Part shown: in pieces, positions 18,801-28,888 of the stretch | Layout of the letters: the number at the start of each line of letters is the position of its first letter | How positions within the stretch are numbered: position 1 is the stretch's first letter | Notes under the pieces: generated by a model | The model's database searches: none | Seen by the model: only the letters and a program-made list of their open reading frames with translations | What the model was told of the DNA's origin: nothing | Position numbers and translations under genes: made by a program | From: Candidatus Methylomirabilota bacterium | GTDB taxonomy: Bacteria > Methylomirabilota > Methylomirabilia > Rokubacteriales > CSP1-6 | DNA: 64,000 bases | Direction: 5' to 3' | Assembly: GCA_035936835.1 (NCBI GenBank) | Contig: DASYVT010000069.1 | Location: forward strand, 6,800-70,799

Positions 18801-19489
18801 CAACCGCCGCTGAGCGCTTTTTCCGCAACAGCGAGTACTGGCGGGCCTGGTCGCAGGTGCCGGACATGACCGCGGACATCCCCTACGCGCTCGCCGCGCT
18901 CCACCCAGGTTACCGCCGCGTCCTCGACGTGCCCTGCGGCCGCGGGCGGCTCCTCAAGGCCGTGCGCGCCGCGCTGCCCGAGGCCGAGATCCACGGGCTC
19001 GACATCAATGCCGGGATGATCGAGCAGGTCCGCCGCGAGTGCCTGGGCGTCCGGACGCACGTGGGCTCGGTCTATGCGCTACCGTTCCCGGACCGCCACT
19101 TCGACGCCGTGCTCTGCCACGAATCCTTCATGCACTTCGAGGAGCCGCGGCACGCACTGGCCGAGCTCGCGAGGGTCGCGTGGCGGAGGCTCTATCTGAG
19201 CATCACGACCCGGCGCCAGCTCAATACCTTGCTGCGACGGCTCGGGCTGATGCCGTCCTCGGACGTCCCGCACTGGACGTACGACCGCGAGGAGATCCTG
19301 CCGCTTCTGCCGCGCGAGTTCGCGTGGGAGGTCCGCGGGGCTTTTCTGCTGGGCAGGAAGGCGCTCGGCCTCGGCCACGCGCGCCACGTGCGGCTCCACC
19401 GGCTGCTGGGCCGCCGCGTGCCCCAGTGGCTCCTCTGCCGCTTCGGCCAGACGCTTTTTCTCTACGGCACGCGCCGGGAGGAGCGATGA
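18797..19489 (+). CDS. class I SAM-dependent methyltransferase
   Basis: ATGA junction. VLDVPCGRGRLL (motif I), LPFPDRHFDAVLCHESFMHF. Confidence 0.8.
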   Translation: MTTAAERFFRNSEYWRAWSQVPDMTADIPYALAALHPGYRRVLDVPCGRGRLLKAVRAALPEAEIHGLDINAGMIEQVRRECLGVRTHVGSVYALPFPDRHFDAVLCHESFMHFEEPRHALAELARVAWRRLYLSITTRRQLNTLLRRLGLMPSSDVPHWTYDREEILPLLPREFAWEVRGAFLLGRKALGLGHARHVRLHRLLGRRVPQWLLCRFGQTLFLYGTRREER

Positions 19490-20292
19490 GCCCGGCATTC
19501 GCTCAGGCGCTGAGGCTCGACGACGTCGGGGCGGCCTCGAAGCAGCATGAGGTGTACGGGGTGACGCGCATCAAGCTCGGTCCGCTGGCACTGCCGTTCC
19601 CCGGCAACTTCCTCTTCCTCAAGTACCTCCCGCCGGTGAAGCGGTGGGGCCCCTACCGCGAGCTCACGGCCGCAGAGTGGGAGGGCGTCCTGGCCGAGCT
19701 CGAGGCCCGCGGGGCGCGGATGACCGTCGGCGTCACCGCCGGGTGGGTCGAGACCGACGGCCGGATCGTGCCCTTCCCGCGGAAGTTCCCGGACGCCGCG
19801 GCCGTGATCCGGCGCGGGGTGGATCGCGGGCTGCTCGAAGTCGCCAATCACGGCTATACGCACTGCGTGCTCGAGAACGGGAGATTCAGGCCGCGGCTCT
19901 TCTCGGGCAACCGGCCGGAGCATCGCGAGTTCCACGACTGGCTGCCGGCAGACCTCCACCGAGAGCACGTCACCCGCGCCCAAGGCATCCTCCAGGACTT
20001 CTTGAGATCACCGGTGCTCACCTTCGTCCCGCCCGGCAACGTGTTCTCTCGGGCGACGCTCGCCGCCGCGGCGGCCGCGGGGCTGCGCTACGTCTCATGC
20101 CTCGAGCCGGCGCGATGGGGCGCGGTGGAGGGGATCACCTTTGTCGGCGACCGGGACGTGGTCTCGATACACGACCGCGACCTCGTGCTTCGCGGCGTCA
20201 AGTTTTTGAAGCGTCTCTTGGACGAGCGGAACGGCGAGCCATTCGTGACGGTACGCGAGGTGGGCGCGCGCCTCGAGGGCGCGCGGCGGTGA
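19486..20292 (+). CDS. polysaccharide deacetylase-like protein (CE4/DUF2334-like)
   Basis: ATGA junction. VANHGYTHC and TFVPPGNVFS motifs resemble NodB-fold deacetylases. By-eye assignment. Confidence 0.6.
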   Translation: MSPAFAQALRLDDVGAASKQHEVYGVTRIKLGPLALPFPGNFLFLKYLPPVKRWGPYRELTAAEWEGVLAELEARGARMTVGVTAGWVETDGRIVPFPRKFPDAAAVIRRGVDRGLLEVANHGYTHCVLENGRFRPRLFSGNRPEHREFHDWLPADLHREHVTRAQGILQDFLRSPVLTFVPPGNVFSRATLAAAAAAGLRYVSCLEPARWGAVEGITFVGDRDVVSIHDRDLVLRGVKFLKRLLDERNGEPFVTVREVGARLEGARR

Positions 20293-21077
20293 CAAGCTGG
20301 CCGTGGCCGCTGGTCGCCGGCCTCGACCTCCTGAACCGCCGAGGCAAGGCCGTGGGCGTGCGTCTCGTGAAGTACACGGGCAAGAGCCCGCACTTCATCC
20401 ACCCCAAGCACCTGGTCGAGACGCCGGGCCACGACTGGTACGTGGCGCATCTCGGGCCCGGCGACATCGTTTTCGACGTGGGCTGTGCCAACGGCGCCCA
20501 CACGCTGAAGGCCGCGGCGCGCGTCAAGCGCGTCGTCGGCATGGACTACGACGTCGCGCAGCTGCGCGTGGGCGCCGAGACCGCGCGGAACCGTGGACTC
20601 GACAATGTCCATTTCTTCGCCTGGGATCTCGCCCGGCCCTTCCCGTTTCCCGACGCGACCTTCGACGCGGCGCTCTTCCTCGACGTGATCGAGCACCTCG
20701 ACGAGCGCCAGCCCGTGCTGCGCGAGATCCGGCGGGTGCTCAAGCCGGGCGGGCGCCTCCTCGTCTCGGGTCCCAACCGCGAGAGCCGCTGGCGCGAGCG
20801 TCTGCGCAGGGCCGGGCTCTTCGCCTTCCAGGATGAAGACCACAAGGTCGAGTACACGCGCGGAGAGTTTCTGGCCGAGGTCGAGGCGGCGGGTTTCGTG
20901 GTGGAGGGTCCGCTCGAGCCCGTCGTGTACGACACCCCCTGGGCCGGCCTCATTGACGCGGTCGGCGGCCTCTCGCTCGGCATCTATGCGCGCCTGGCCC
21001 GGTGGAAGCGCCGCCGCGCCCTCGCGGAGCCCGGCGAGAGCACGGGCTTCCGCGCTCTGGCCCGGAAGCCTGTATGA
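20289..21077 (+). CDS. class I SAM-dependent methyltransferase
   Basis: GTGA junction. [12 protein letters not shown] (motif I), [24 protein letters not shown]. Confidence 0.85.
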   Translation: MTSWPWPLVAGLDLLNRRGKAVGVRLVKYTGKSPHFIHPKHLVETPGHDWYVAHLGPGDIVFDVGCANGAHTLKAAARVKRVVGMDYDVAQLRVGAETARNRGLDNVHFFAWDLARPFPFPDATFDAALFLDVIEHLDERQPVLREIRRVLKPGGRLLVSGPNRESRWRERLRRAGLFAFQDEDHKVEYTRGEFLAEVEAAGFVVEGPLEPVVYDTPWAGLIDAVGGLSLGIYARLARWKRRRALAEPGESTGFRALARKPV

Positions 21078-22357
21078 GGGTCTGCCTCGTCAACGAGTAT
21101 TTCCCGCCCTTCGCGCCGGGCGGCGCCGAGTGGAGCATGCAGGCGTTGGCGCGGGCGCTGGTCGGACGCGGCCACGAGGTCGTCGTGGTCACGCCCAACT
21201 ACGGCGCCGCCGCGCTCGAGGAGCAGGCGGGCGTCCGTATCGTGCGCTTTCCCTTTCCGCGCCGACTGCCCCCGGGCCGCACGCCGCTGTCGGCCAAGTG
21301 GCTCGCCAATCCGCTCTTCTACCTGTACGCGGCCTGGGCCGTGCGCCGGGCGGCCCGGCGGGAGCGGGTCGATCTGATCCACGTCCAGAACAAGCACATG
21401 CTGATCCCGGGCACGCTGGCGGCGCGCTCGTTGGGCCTCCCCGTCGCGCTCACGATCCGCGACGGCAGCATCATCGACGCCGCACCCATGTGCCTGCACC
21501 ACGGCGATCGGATGCCGACCGATTGCGGCGTGAGGAAGCTCTGGCGAGAATGCTCGGAGGAGTATTTTTCCCTTTACACCAAGGGCAGGCGGAGCAGGCT
21601 GCGCACCAAGCTTGCCTTTCTCTACTTCTGGCTGGACTGTCGGCTCAAGCAGCAATTCCTTCGGCGGGTGGACGCGGTCGTCGGCGTCAGCGGGGGCATC
21701 CTCGAGATCTATCGCCGCTCCGGGCTCTTGGAGGGCGTGCGGCGCGTGCAACCCGTCTACACCATCCCGCCGCCGTCTCCTGCGCCCGATCCGTCGGCCG
21801 TTGAGGCGCTCCGCGGCCGCCTGGGTCTCAGCGGCGGACCGCTGGTGCTCTATGTCGGCAAGCTCTCGCCCGGCAAGGGCTCGGCCGATCTCGCCGCAGC
21901 GTCGCGGGAGGTCGTCGGAGAATTTCCGGACACGCGCTTCGCCTTCGCCGGCGAAGGCGAGGTCGAGGACGCCGGGCCTCACCTGCGCCGGCTGGGCGCC
22001 ATGCCGAACGCGGACGTGCTCGCGCTCTACCCGCTGGCGGACGTGGTCGTCGTGCCGTCCGTCGTTCCGGACGCGTTGAGCCGCGTCATCATCGAAGCCA
22101 TGGCGGCGGGGCGCGCGATCGTCGCCACTCGCGTCGGCGGCACGCCCGAGCTGATCCTTCACGAGAAGACCGGACTGCTCGTCGAGCGCGCGGATCCGCA
22201 CGGGCTGGCGCTGGCGCTCAGGCGCCTCCTCGGCGACGCGGGCCTGCGGGCCAGCCTGGGCGCCGCGTCGCGGCGGCACCTCGACGAGCTGACGGGCCGG
22301 GGGAGCAGCGTCGACCAGCACCTCGAGCTCTACGCCGCCCTGCGCGCCGCCTCGTGA
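21074..22357 (+). CDS. GT4-family glycosyltransferase
   Basis: ATGA junction. [21 protein letters not shown]-terminus; [36 protein letters not shown]. Confidence 0.85.
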   Translation: MRVCLVNEYFPPFAPGGAEWSMQALARALVGRGHEVVVVTPNYGAAALEEQAGVRIVRFPFPRRLPPGRTPLSAKWLANPLFYLYAAWAVRRAARRERVDLIHVQNKHMLIPGTLAARSLGLPVALTIRDGSIIDAAPMCLHHGDRMPTDCGVRKLWRECSEEYFSLYTKGRRSRLRTKLAFLYFWLDCRLKQQFLRRVDAVVGVSGGILEIYRRSGLLEGVRRVQPVYTIPPPSPAPDPSAVEALRGRLGLSGGPLVLYVGKLSPGKGSADLAAASREVVGEFPDTRFAFAGEGEVEDAGPHLRRLGAMPNADVLALYPLADVVVVPSVVPDALSRVIIEAMAAGRAIVATRVGGTPELILHEKTGLLVERADPHGLALALRRLLGDAGLRASLGAASRRHLDELTGRGSSVDQHLELYAALRAAS

Positions 22358-23253
22358 GCCCCCCTCGACGCGCCTTCGGCGAGCTCCTGCGCCGCGCGGT
22401 TCCCCCCGCCCTCAAGGCGCAGGTCGGGAAGCGGTTCAAGGCGCGGGTTCGCGCGCTGCTCGGCATCGAGCCCTGGCCCGATCTGGCCGTGCGGCTGCCG
22501 CTCTTTAGGACTCGGGAGTACCAAAGCCTCCGCGCCGCCGCGCGGGCGTTCGATATCGAGAAGCCGAGCAAGCCGGTGCTCGAGCGCGGGCACCAGGCCT
22601 CGTACCTCGTGGCGAAGTGGTTCGTGGAGGGCGGCGTTCGGTCGGCCTTCCACATCGGCTTCGCCAACGGCCGATATCTTTTCTATCTCCAGAAGCTCGG
22701 CATCGCGTGCGGGGGCGTGGACCTTCCCGCCGAAGACACACGCTGGGCGGACATCTCCCAGGGCGCCCTCGACGACGCGACGATGCGCCGGCTGGTGCGA
22801 CGCGATTTCCTCGCGCTGACCGAGGCGGACGTGCGCCCGCTCTGGGGCCCGGGCGCGACGGTGGACGTACTCTTCTCCGAGGCAACCTTCGAGACGATGC
22901 TGCCGTGGCGGGCGCAAGGAGCCTCAGTGCCGCGCTACCTCGCGCTCAGCGCAGACGAGCGGCGCGCGCTGCTCGAACACGAGCTTCCCGATGCGGTTGC
23001 CCGCATGAAGGACTGGGCGCGGAACATGGCCTTCATCGAGCCGGAGCCGGGTGCGGGCGACAGCGGCGCGGTCTTTGCCGCTTGCGCAGCTCGGCTTGCG
23101 GACTTCCAGTACAGCATCTGGGCTTTTCGGCCGCCGCTCGACCAGCTGTTCCGGCTGTCCCATCGCTATCCCACGCGACAGACGGTCTATGCCTTTACCC
23201 GCGACGCGCGCCTGCTCGATGCGCTCGCCCCATACGCGGAGCGGGTGCGATGA
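22354..23253 (+). CDS. hypothetical protein, possible degenerate class I methyltransferase fold
   Basis: GTGA junction. [19 protein letters not shown]...GGVDL...[11 protein letters not shown] has the spacing of MT motifs I-III but lacks GxGxG. Confidence 0.45.
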   Translation: MSPPRRAFGELLRRAVPPALKAQVGKRFKARVRALLGIEPWPDLAVRLPLFRTREYQSLRAAARAFDIEKPSKPVLERGHQASYLVAKWFVEGGVRSAFHIGFANGRYLFYLQKLGIACGGVDLPAEDTRWADISQGALDDATMRRLVRRDFLALTEADVRPLWGPGATVDVLFSEATFETMLPWRAQGASVPRYLALSADERRALLEHELPDAVARMKDWARNMAFIEPEPGAGDSGAVFAACAARLADFQYSIWAFRPPLDQLFRLSHRYPTRQTVYAFTRDARLLDALAPYAERVR

Positions 23254-24392
23254 CGCATCCCGGACTTGTCCTCGGGCTCCTGCCGTCGATTCGCGGAGGG
23301 TTGGGCGAGCTCGCGAAGACGGGGCAGGATTCGCGGCTCATCGACGGCTATCTCCGAGCGTACGCCTCGGCATTCGAAGAGGTCCGGTACTTCAGCTACC
23401 TCGACGAGAGCCTCGACGCCTACGTGGCTGACCCGGATCTCCTCGCGAGGGTCAGGGTCATGCGCGGCGGGATGCTCCACCCGTGGCTCTACGCCATCCT
23501 CATGCCGTGGAGGTACCGGCGGGAGATGCGGGGCTGTTCGGTGCTCCGCGTCTTTCAGATCACTGGAGTCATCCCCGCGCTCATCGCCAAGCGGCTCTTC
23601 GGCGTGCCGTTCGTGACGACGTACGGGTTCTGGTATTCGCGGCTGGCTCGCTCGGGGCTGACCGGGACGCTGCGCGCCCTGCTGCGCACCAGGGTCGAGC
23701 GGGCCGGGTTGGCCGCGGCCGATGCCGTAATCGTCACCACGCCTGAGCTCGGTCGACACGTCGGTGAGCGCGTCGGCTCGGAGCGGATCCACCTGATCCC
23801 CAACGGCGTGGACACCATGCTCTTCCGGCCGGTGCCGCGAGCGGTTGGGGAACCCAAGACGGTGCTGTACGCCGGCCGGCTCTCCGAGGAGAAGAACCTC
23901 GGCGCGATTCTCGAGGCCGCGGCCGAGCTCGCCCCGCGCGTAAAGCTCCAGGTGACCTTCATCGGCGACGGGCCTGAGCGCCCGCGACTCGAGGCCCGGG
24001 CCCGCCAGCTCCAAGTGTCGGTTACCTTCCTGCCCTTCGTCGAGCATGCCCGGCTCGCCGAGCTGATGGCCCAGGCCGATGTCTTCGTGCTTCCGTCCTT
24101 CACGGAGGGACACCCGAAGGTCCTCCTCGAAGCGATGTCCTGCGGCCTACCCTGCATCGCCTCGGCCGTGGGCGGCAATCTCTCGATCATCGAAGATGGC
24201 CGGACCGGCCTCCTCTTCGATCCCGCCGTCCCGGGCGCCCTGGCCGCATGCCTCCTCCGCGTCTTAGTGAGCGAGGACTTCGCGCACGCGCTGGGGCGGG
24301 GAGCGCGAGCGGAGATCGCCGCGCGCTACGACCTGCGCGTGCTGGTCGCGCGCGAGATCGAGCTCCTGCGCCGGATCGCCCGGAGCCGGTGA
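23250..24392 (+). CDS. GT4-family glycosyltransferase
   Basis: ATGA junction. LIPNGVDTMLF, GRLSEEKNL, LPSFTEGHPKVLLEAMSCGLPCIASAVGGN. Confidence 0.85.
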   Translation: MTHPGLVLGLLPSIRGGLGELAKTGQDSRLIDGYLRAYASAFEEVRYFSYLDESLDAYVADPDLLARVRVMRGGMLHPWLYAILMPWRYRREMRGCSVLRVFQITGVIPALIAKRLFGVPFVTTYGFWYSRLARSGLTGTLRALLRTRVERAGLAAADAVIVTTPELGRHVGERVGSERIHLIPNGVDTMLFRPVPRAVGEPKTVLYAGRLSEEKNLGAILEAAAELAPRVKLQVTFIGDGPERPRLEARARQLQVSVTFLPFVEHARLAELMAQADVFVLPSFTEGHPKVLLEAMSCGLPCIASAVGGNLSIIEDGRTGLLFDPAVPGALAACLLRVLVSEDFAHALGRGARAEIAARYDLRVLVAREIELLRRIARSR

Positions 24393-25366
24393 GCGCCGTG
24401 ACGCGGCAGGGTCGGCCTGGGCCGGAGAGAGGGTACGAGCTGGTGGACCTCGGCGACCGCCGGGTCCTCACGGTCGAGGGCCGCCGCTACGAGACGGGGT
24501 ACAGCGAGCGCGTCGTCCGCATGCTCATCGAGCGTAAGGGCGCCCGGCGCGCGCCGCCGTACTTCGGCTACAAGGAGACGCGGGGGCGCCACTTCCTGGG
24601 CCCGCTGCTGGGCTACCTGCGGAGGCTGGGCGCGGCGAATCTGTCCGTCCTCGAGATCGGCTGCTCCTTCGGCCACATGACCGAGTACCTGGCCGAGCAG
24701 CCGGAGGTGGGCGGGATCTGGACCTTCGACACCGACCCGGCCTTCGTGGCCATCGGCAGGACCAAGGTCGAGGAGCTGGGTCTCCACAAGGTCCGGGAGG
24801 TCAGCCTGTTCGGGAACGACGAGACCCGCCGCCTGCCGTACCCGGACGGCCGCTTCGACCTCGTGCTGGCTCTCGGGGTGGTGGAGCACCTGCCGGCGCG
24901 GAACCAGCGGGCGCAGGTGGACGAGTACTACCGTGTGCTGGCGCCGGGTGGCCACATCGCGATCCTCGACACGCCGAACCGCCTCTTCCCGCTCGAGACG
25001 CACTCGGTCGGACTGCCGCTCGTCCAGTGGCTGCCGCCGCGCGTGGCCCATGCGTACGCGCGCGCCTGTCGTCCCGACCGCTACCGTGGAGTCGGCTTCG
25101 AGGAGTTCACCGCCGACGGCACGGGATGGCGGAACGCGACACTCGGCGACTGCCTGCCGTCATCCGGCTGGGCCGGGCTCGTGGACGTCACGGAGGAGGC
25201 GGGCTACGGGTGGCGCTTCTTTCGGGACACGGCGCGCTCCCGCACGCGGCGGTCGCTACTGCCAGTTTTCGGGCTCATGGCGACCTTCCTGCGCGGTCTC
25301 GGGGCGGCGCCGTCCCACTGCCTGCCGTACCTGAACCTGCTATTCAGGAGGAAGGAGGCGCCCTAA
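24389..25366 (+). CDS. class I SAM-dependent methyltransferase
   Basis: GTGA junction (GTG 24398 is an alternative). VLEIGCSFGHMTEYL (motif I), FDLVLALGVVEHL, VLAPGGHIAIL. Confidence 0.8.
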   Translation: MSAVTRQGRPGPERGYELVDLGDRRVLTVEGRRYETGYSERVVRMLIERKGARRAPPYFGYKETRGRHFLGPLLGYLRRLGAANLSVLEIGCSFGHMTEYLAEQPEVGGIWTFDTDPAFVAIGRTKVEELGLHKVREVSLFGNDETRRLPYPDGRFDLVLALGVVEHLPARNQRAQVDEYYRVLAPGGHIAILDTPNRLFPLETHSVGLPLVQWLPPRVAHAYARACRPDRYRGVGFEEFTADGTGWRNATLGDCLPSSGWAGLVDVTEEAGYGWRFFRDTARSRTRRSLLPVFGLMATFLRGLGAAPSHCLPYLNLLFRRKEAP

Positions 25367-25375
25367 CCTCGACTC

Positions 25376-25399
25376 GAGGCCCGCCGCCGGGGCTTTTTC
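25376..25399 (+). terminator. weak candidate intrinsic terminator at the end of the 21-gene overlapped block
   Basis: A short GC stem (GCCC...GGGC) followed by TTTTT at 25394-25398, 10 nt after the TAA at 25364-25366. The stem is only ~4 bp, so confidence is low. Confidence 0.3.
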
Positions 25400-25447
25400 G
25401 AGCTCAGGATCCTATGATTCCGGGCGTGGACGTCCTCCCTGAGGGGG

Positions 25448-25763
25448 CCGGGCGTTGGCCCAATTCGTGCTACCGTAGACACACGGCCATGATCACCCTG
25501 ATCAATCCGCCGGGCATCAAAACCTTCTCGGGCCTGCAGATGCACACGCCCAACCCGCCGTTGGGGCTTGCCTACATCGCGGCCGCGATCAAGGACGCGG
25601 GCCTGCCCTACCAGGTCGTCGACGGCACTGGGGAGGCCCTCGACGTCGTGCGCCCCTATCCCGACCGCGACGACTTCATGATCCAGGGGCTGTCCTTCGA
25701 CGAGATCACAGCACGCATCCATCCGGACGCCGAGGTGATCGGCGTCGCCTGCATGTTCTCCAC
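25448..25763 (+). repeat. direct repeat copy A (316 bp) of the radical-SAM gene 5' region
   Basis: Hand alignment with 29044-29359 at a constant offset of 3596 bp: 16 substitutions, no indels. It covers 41 bp of leader plus the first 91 codons. Weaker similarity continues ~35 bp further upstream (ATGATTC..GGG). Confidence 0.9.
25489..25763 (+). pseudogene. 5' fragment (first ~91 codons) of a B12-binding radical-SAM gene
   Basis: [38 protein letters not shown]...GVACMFST is near-identical to the start of the intact gene at 29085. After 25763 the frame runs into unrelated sequence and stops at 25869. Confidence 0.85.
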
Positions 25764-26472
25764 AAGTCTCTCCTGGAGCGCGTGGGGTTGCGGCACGCTG
25801 CCGCCGTCATTGCCACGACCGAGGCGCTCCGTGCTCGGGCGGCGCGCTTCGCCCGGCGGGTCGAGCTGATCCCGAACGGCGTGGATACGTGCCGGTTCGC
25901 GCCGCCGGTGCGCGAGGGCGGGCGAGCCGCCCGCAAGCCGCACCAAGTGCTCAACGTCGGTCGCTGTCGAAGGAGAAGAACCTCTCGGCGCTCGTCCGGG
26001 CCGCCGCCTCGCTCCGAGGCCGGTTTCCCCTCCGTCTCGTCTTGATCGGAAACGGCCCACTCCGGGAAAGCCTGGCCGCCGAAGCCCGGGATGCTGGCGT
26101 CGCAATCGATTTCCCAGGAGTCGTTGATCAGGGCACGCTCCCGCAGCGGTACGCCGCGGCCGATGCCTTCGTCCTCGCGTCCTTTACCGAAGGGCTTCCT
26201 AGGGTTCTGATCGAGGCCATGAGCACGGGGTGCCCTGCGTGGCCTCGGAGTGCGCCGGCAACCGCTCGCTCGTGACTCCGGAGCGGACCGGTCTCCTCTT
26301 CGACCCGAACCGCCCAGCCGATCTGGCGGCCTGCCCTGAGCGGGTGCCGACGGACCACGCCCTGGCCGAATCCCTCGGCCGCGCCGCGCGCGAGCTGGCC
26401 GTGGCCCGGTACGATCTTGGGCGGCGGGTCCAGCAGGAGATCGCCGTCCTGAAAAGCGTGGCGCGCACCTGA
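25764..26472 (+). pseudogene. GT4 glycosyltransferase relic, 5'-truncated with two frameshifts
   Basis: Three consecutive frames carry GT4 pieces: AAAVIATTEAL..ELIPNGVDTCRF..VLNVGR; LSKEKNLSALV...LASFTEGLPRVLIEAMSTG; PCVASECAGNRSLV..TGLLFDP. Frame breaks are at about 25964 and about 26230. The N-terminal GT-B half is absent. Confidence 0.85.
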
Positions 26473-26513
26473 GATTCGTATCGCTATTTCTCGTCGCCCT
26501 GGGAATCCTCGGC

Positions 26514-27518
26514 ATGGCTTTCGTCGCCCTCGGCCGCGTGGTCGATCCGCGGGACGATTTTGGCGGTGGCATCTGCCCGCAGGTGACGATGGACTCTCGC
26601 CGCGACAAGATGCGGCTCTTCAAGAACTACGTGTCCTCCGGCGGCGTCGGCGGGCTCATTCTGGGATCGAGCCGTTCCATGAAGCTCGACCCCAAGCAGC
26701 TCGAATCCAGGCTGGGTGTTCGGTTCTTCAACTTCAGCGTGGACAGCGCGCGCGCCGAGGACCTCCTTGCCATCTACCGGTGGGTCCGGCGCCAGGGTGT
26801 CACACCCCACTACCTCGTGCTCGGTCTCGACGTCGAGGCGTTGCACGACGACGACCAGGCCGACCACCGTCTTCAGGGGAATGTCGAGCTCCTCGCCGGG
26901 CTGCGAGGTCGCGTCGGAGCAGCGGCCGCGCTCGATCGGGTGGCCGCCGACGCCGCAAAGTACAAGGACCTGTTCACCGCCGCATACGTCGCGGACGCGG
27001 CCCGCTCGGTCGCCCGCTGTCTGCGGCCGTCTAGGCACTCGGGGGCCGCCACCGAGTTCGACCCGGACGGCTACCTTCGCTACGTGGAGCTCGAGCGGGC
27101 GCGCGCCGCCGGCACCTTCGATCTCGACCGGCAGATCTCGGACAGTCTCGAGGGTTATGTGCTCCGGTTCCGGGGCATGCACGACCTGTCGCCGAGGCGA
27201 CGGCAGGACCTCGAGCAGCTCATCCACGAAGCGAGGGCGGACCGGGTGGTCGTCAAGGTGTGGATCACCGCGCTTCACCCGAGGACGGCCCGGTACCTTG
27301 GCGAGAGGACGGCCTATGCGGAGCTCTTGTCCCGGACCAGGGTGCTTCTGGCCCGTCTCCGAGACACCTGGGGCATCGACGCCTACGACTACAGCGCCCC
27401 GGAGCGCTTTGCCGGTTCGCTGACGGCGTGGTACGACGGTGGGCACATCGACGAGAAGAACGCGGAGCTGGTCGCCGCGGGCCTTGCCGCGCCGAGCCGG
27501 GACGCCGGCCGACCGTAA
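26514..27518 (+). CDS. DltD/AlgX-like SGNH-type O-acyltransferase partner protein
   Basis: LILGSSRSM (GSS nucleophile context) and C-terminal YDGGHID (DxxH). The in-frame upstream codons encode the missing half of a signal-anchor helix (RFVSLFLVALGILG-MAFVALG) back to CTG 26469, so the true start is uncertain. Confidence 0.6.
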   Translation: MAFVALGRVVDPRDDFGGGICPQVTMDSRRDKMRLFKNYVSSGGVGGLILGSSRSMKLDPKQLESRLGVRFFNFSVDSARAEDLLAIYRWVRRQGVTPHYLVLGLDVEALHDDDQADHRLQGNVELLAGLRGRVGAAAALDRVAADAAKYKDLFTAAYVADAARSVARCLRPSRHSGAATEFDPDGYLRYVELERARAAGTFDLDRQISDSLEGYVLRFRGMHDLSPRRRQDLEQLIHEARADRVVVKVWITALHPRTARYLGERTAYAELLSRTRVLLARLRDTWGIDAYDYSAPERFAGSLTAWYDGGHIDEKNAELVAAGLAAPSRDAGRP

Positions 27519-28888
27519 TGGTCTTCAATTCGAATATCTTTCTCTTTGCCTTCCTGCCGGTTGTCTTCGGTCTCTTCTGGCTCTTGAAGGGGAGGCAGGC
27601 GCGCTACGTCCTGCTGACTGTCAGCGGGTACGTTTTCTACGGGTACTGGGACTGGCGCTTCTGCTTCCTGCTTCTCTTCTCGAGCTTGTTGAGCTTCTAC
27701 GCGGCACTGCTGATCGAGCGCTCGGCGAGCCTGCGGGCCAGGCGGGCGTGGATGACGCTGTCGATCTCGGCGGACCTGACGCTCCTTGGGTTCTTCAAGT
27801 ACTACAACTTCTTTGCCTCGTCGCTGCACGCGGCAATTCCCGGGATCGCCCCGCCCCTGCTGCACATCATCCTGCCGGTCGGGATCAGCTTCTACACGTT
27901 CCACACGATGTCGTACATCCTCGACGTCGCCGAGGGGCGGATCAGGGCGACCAGCAACCTGTTCGAATACCTCACATACGTCAGCCTGTTCTCCCAGCTC
28001 GTCGCGGGACCGATCGTCCGGTTCCGGCAGATCGAGCAGGACCTGGAGCACATCGAGGGGCCACCGCGGGAGGACTTCATGGCGCGCGGGATCGGCTTCT
28101 TTTTGGTCGGCCTGATCAAGAAGGCGGTCGTCGCCGACTCTATCGCCATGTATCTCGATCCTGCCCTCGCCTCCTACTCGACGCTGTCGACTGCGGGCGC
28201 GTGGCTCGCCGCCCTGGGCTACACCTTTCAGATCTACTACGACTTCAGCGGGTACTCGGATATGGCGGTCGGTCTCGGATACCTGTTCGGGCTCCACATC
28301 CCTCAGAACTTCAACGCTCCCTACCGGGCCCTCGGCCCGCGGGATTTCTGGCGCCGCTGGCATATCAGCCTGTCGACCTGGCTGCGCGATTACCTCTACA
28401 TCCCCTTGGGCGGTAGCCGGTTCGGCGAAACCCGGATGATGATCAACCTGCTGGTGACGATGCTGCTCGGCGGCTTGTGGCACGGCGCGAACTGGACCTT
28501 CGTCGTCTGGGGCGCATACCACGGCATGTTGCTGATTGTGGAGCGGGTGCTCGACCGGTGGCTGACCCGGGTGCCGACGGCGATGCGGCGAGCGGGTACC
28601 TTCGTGCTGGTCGTCTTCTCCTGGGTGCTGTTCCGCTCGGACAGCTTGGACATGGCGGGGCAGTGGATGGCCAGGATGTTGGGGATCGGCGCGGGGACCC
28701 AGAGCGCGCCTCCCTCGCTGATCGTGCTGGTGGCGCTGTGCCTGGTGGCGGTCAATACGGTGCCCGAGACCTGGGACATACGATTTGGGATCCGCTATCG
28801 CTGGGCTCCGGTCTATGCCCTCGGGTTCCTCTTAGCGTATCTCTTCGTCAATGGCCGGCACAGCGTATTTCTCTATTATCAGTTCTGA
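27518..28888 (+). CDS. MBOAT-family membrane O-acyltransferase (AlgI/DltB/PatA-like)
   Basis: TAATG junction. Polytopic. Conserved FWRRWHISLSTWLRDYLYIPLGG and LLGGLWHGANW histidine motifs. Confidence 0.9.
   Translation: MVFNSNIFLFAFLPVVFGLFWLLKGRQARYVLLTVSGYVFYGYWDWRFCFLLLFSSLLSFYAALLIERSASLRARRAWMTLSISADLTLLGFFKYYNFFASSLHAAIPGIAPPLLHIILPVGISFYTFHTMSYILDVAEGRIRATSNLFEYLTYVSLFSQLVAGPIVRFRQIEQDLEHIEGPPREDFMARGIGFFLVGLIKKAVVADSIAMYLDPALASYSTLSTAGAWLAALGYTFQIYYDFSGYSDMAVGLGYLFGLHIPQNFNAPYRALGPRDFWRRWHISLSTWLRDYLYIPLGGSRFGETRMMINLLVTMLLGGLWHGANWTFVVWGAYHGMLLIVERVLDRWLTRVPTAMRRAGTFVLVVFSWVLFRSDSLDMAGQWMARMLGIGAGTQSAPPSLIVLVALCLVAVNTVPETWDIRFGIRYRWAPVYALGFLLAYLFVNGRHSVFLYYQF

Noticed and set aside
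25027-25869. 280-aa ORF that could be read as an intact gene downstream of the methyltransferase at 24389.
   Set aside because: Its first 154 codons are an off-frame overlap of the methyltransferase gene. Codons 155-246 are the duplicated radical-SAM N-terminus, and the tail is out-of-frame GT4 sequence. It is a chimera created by the recombination junction, not a gene.
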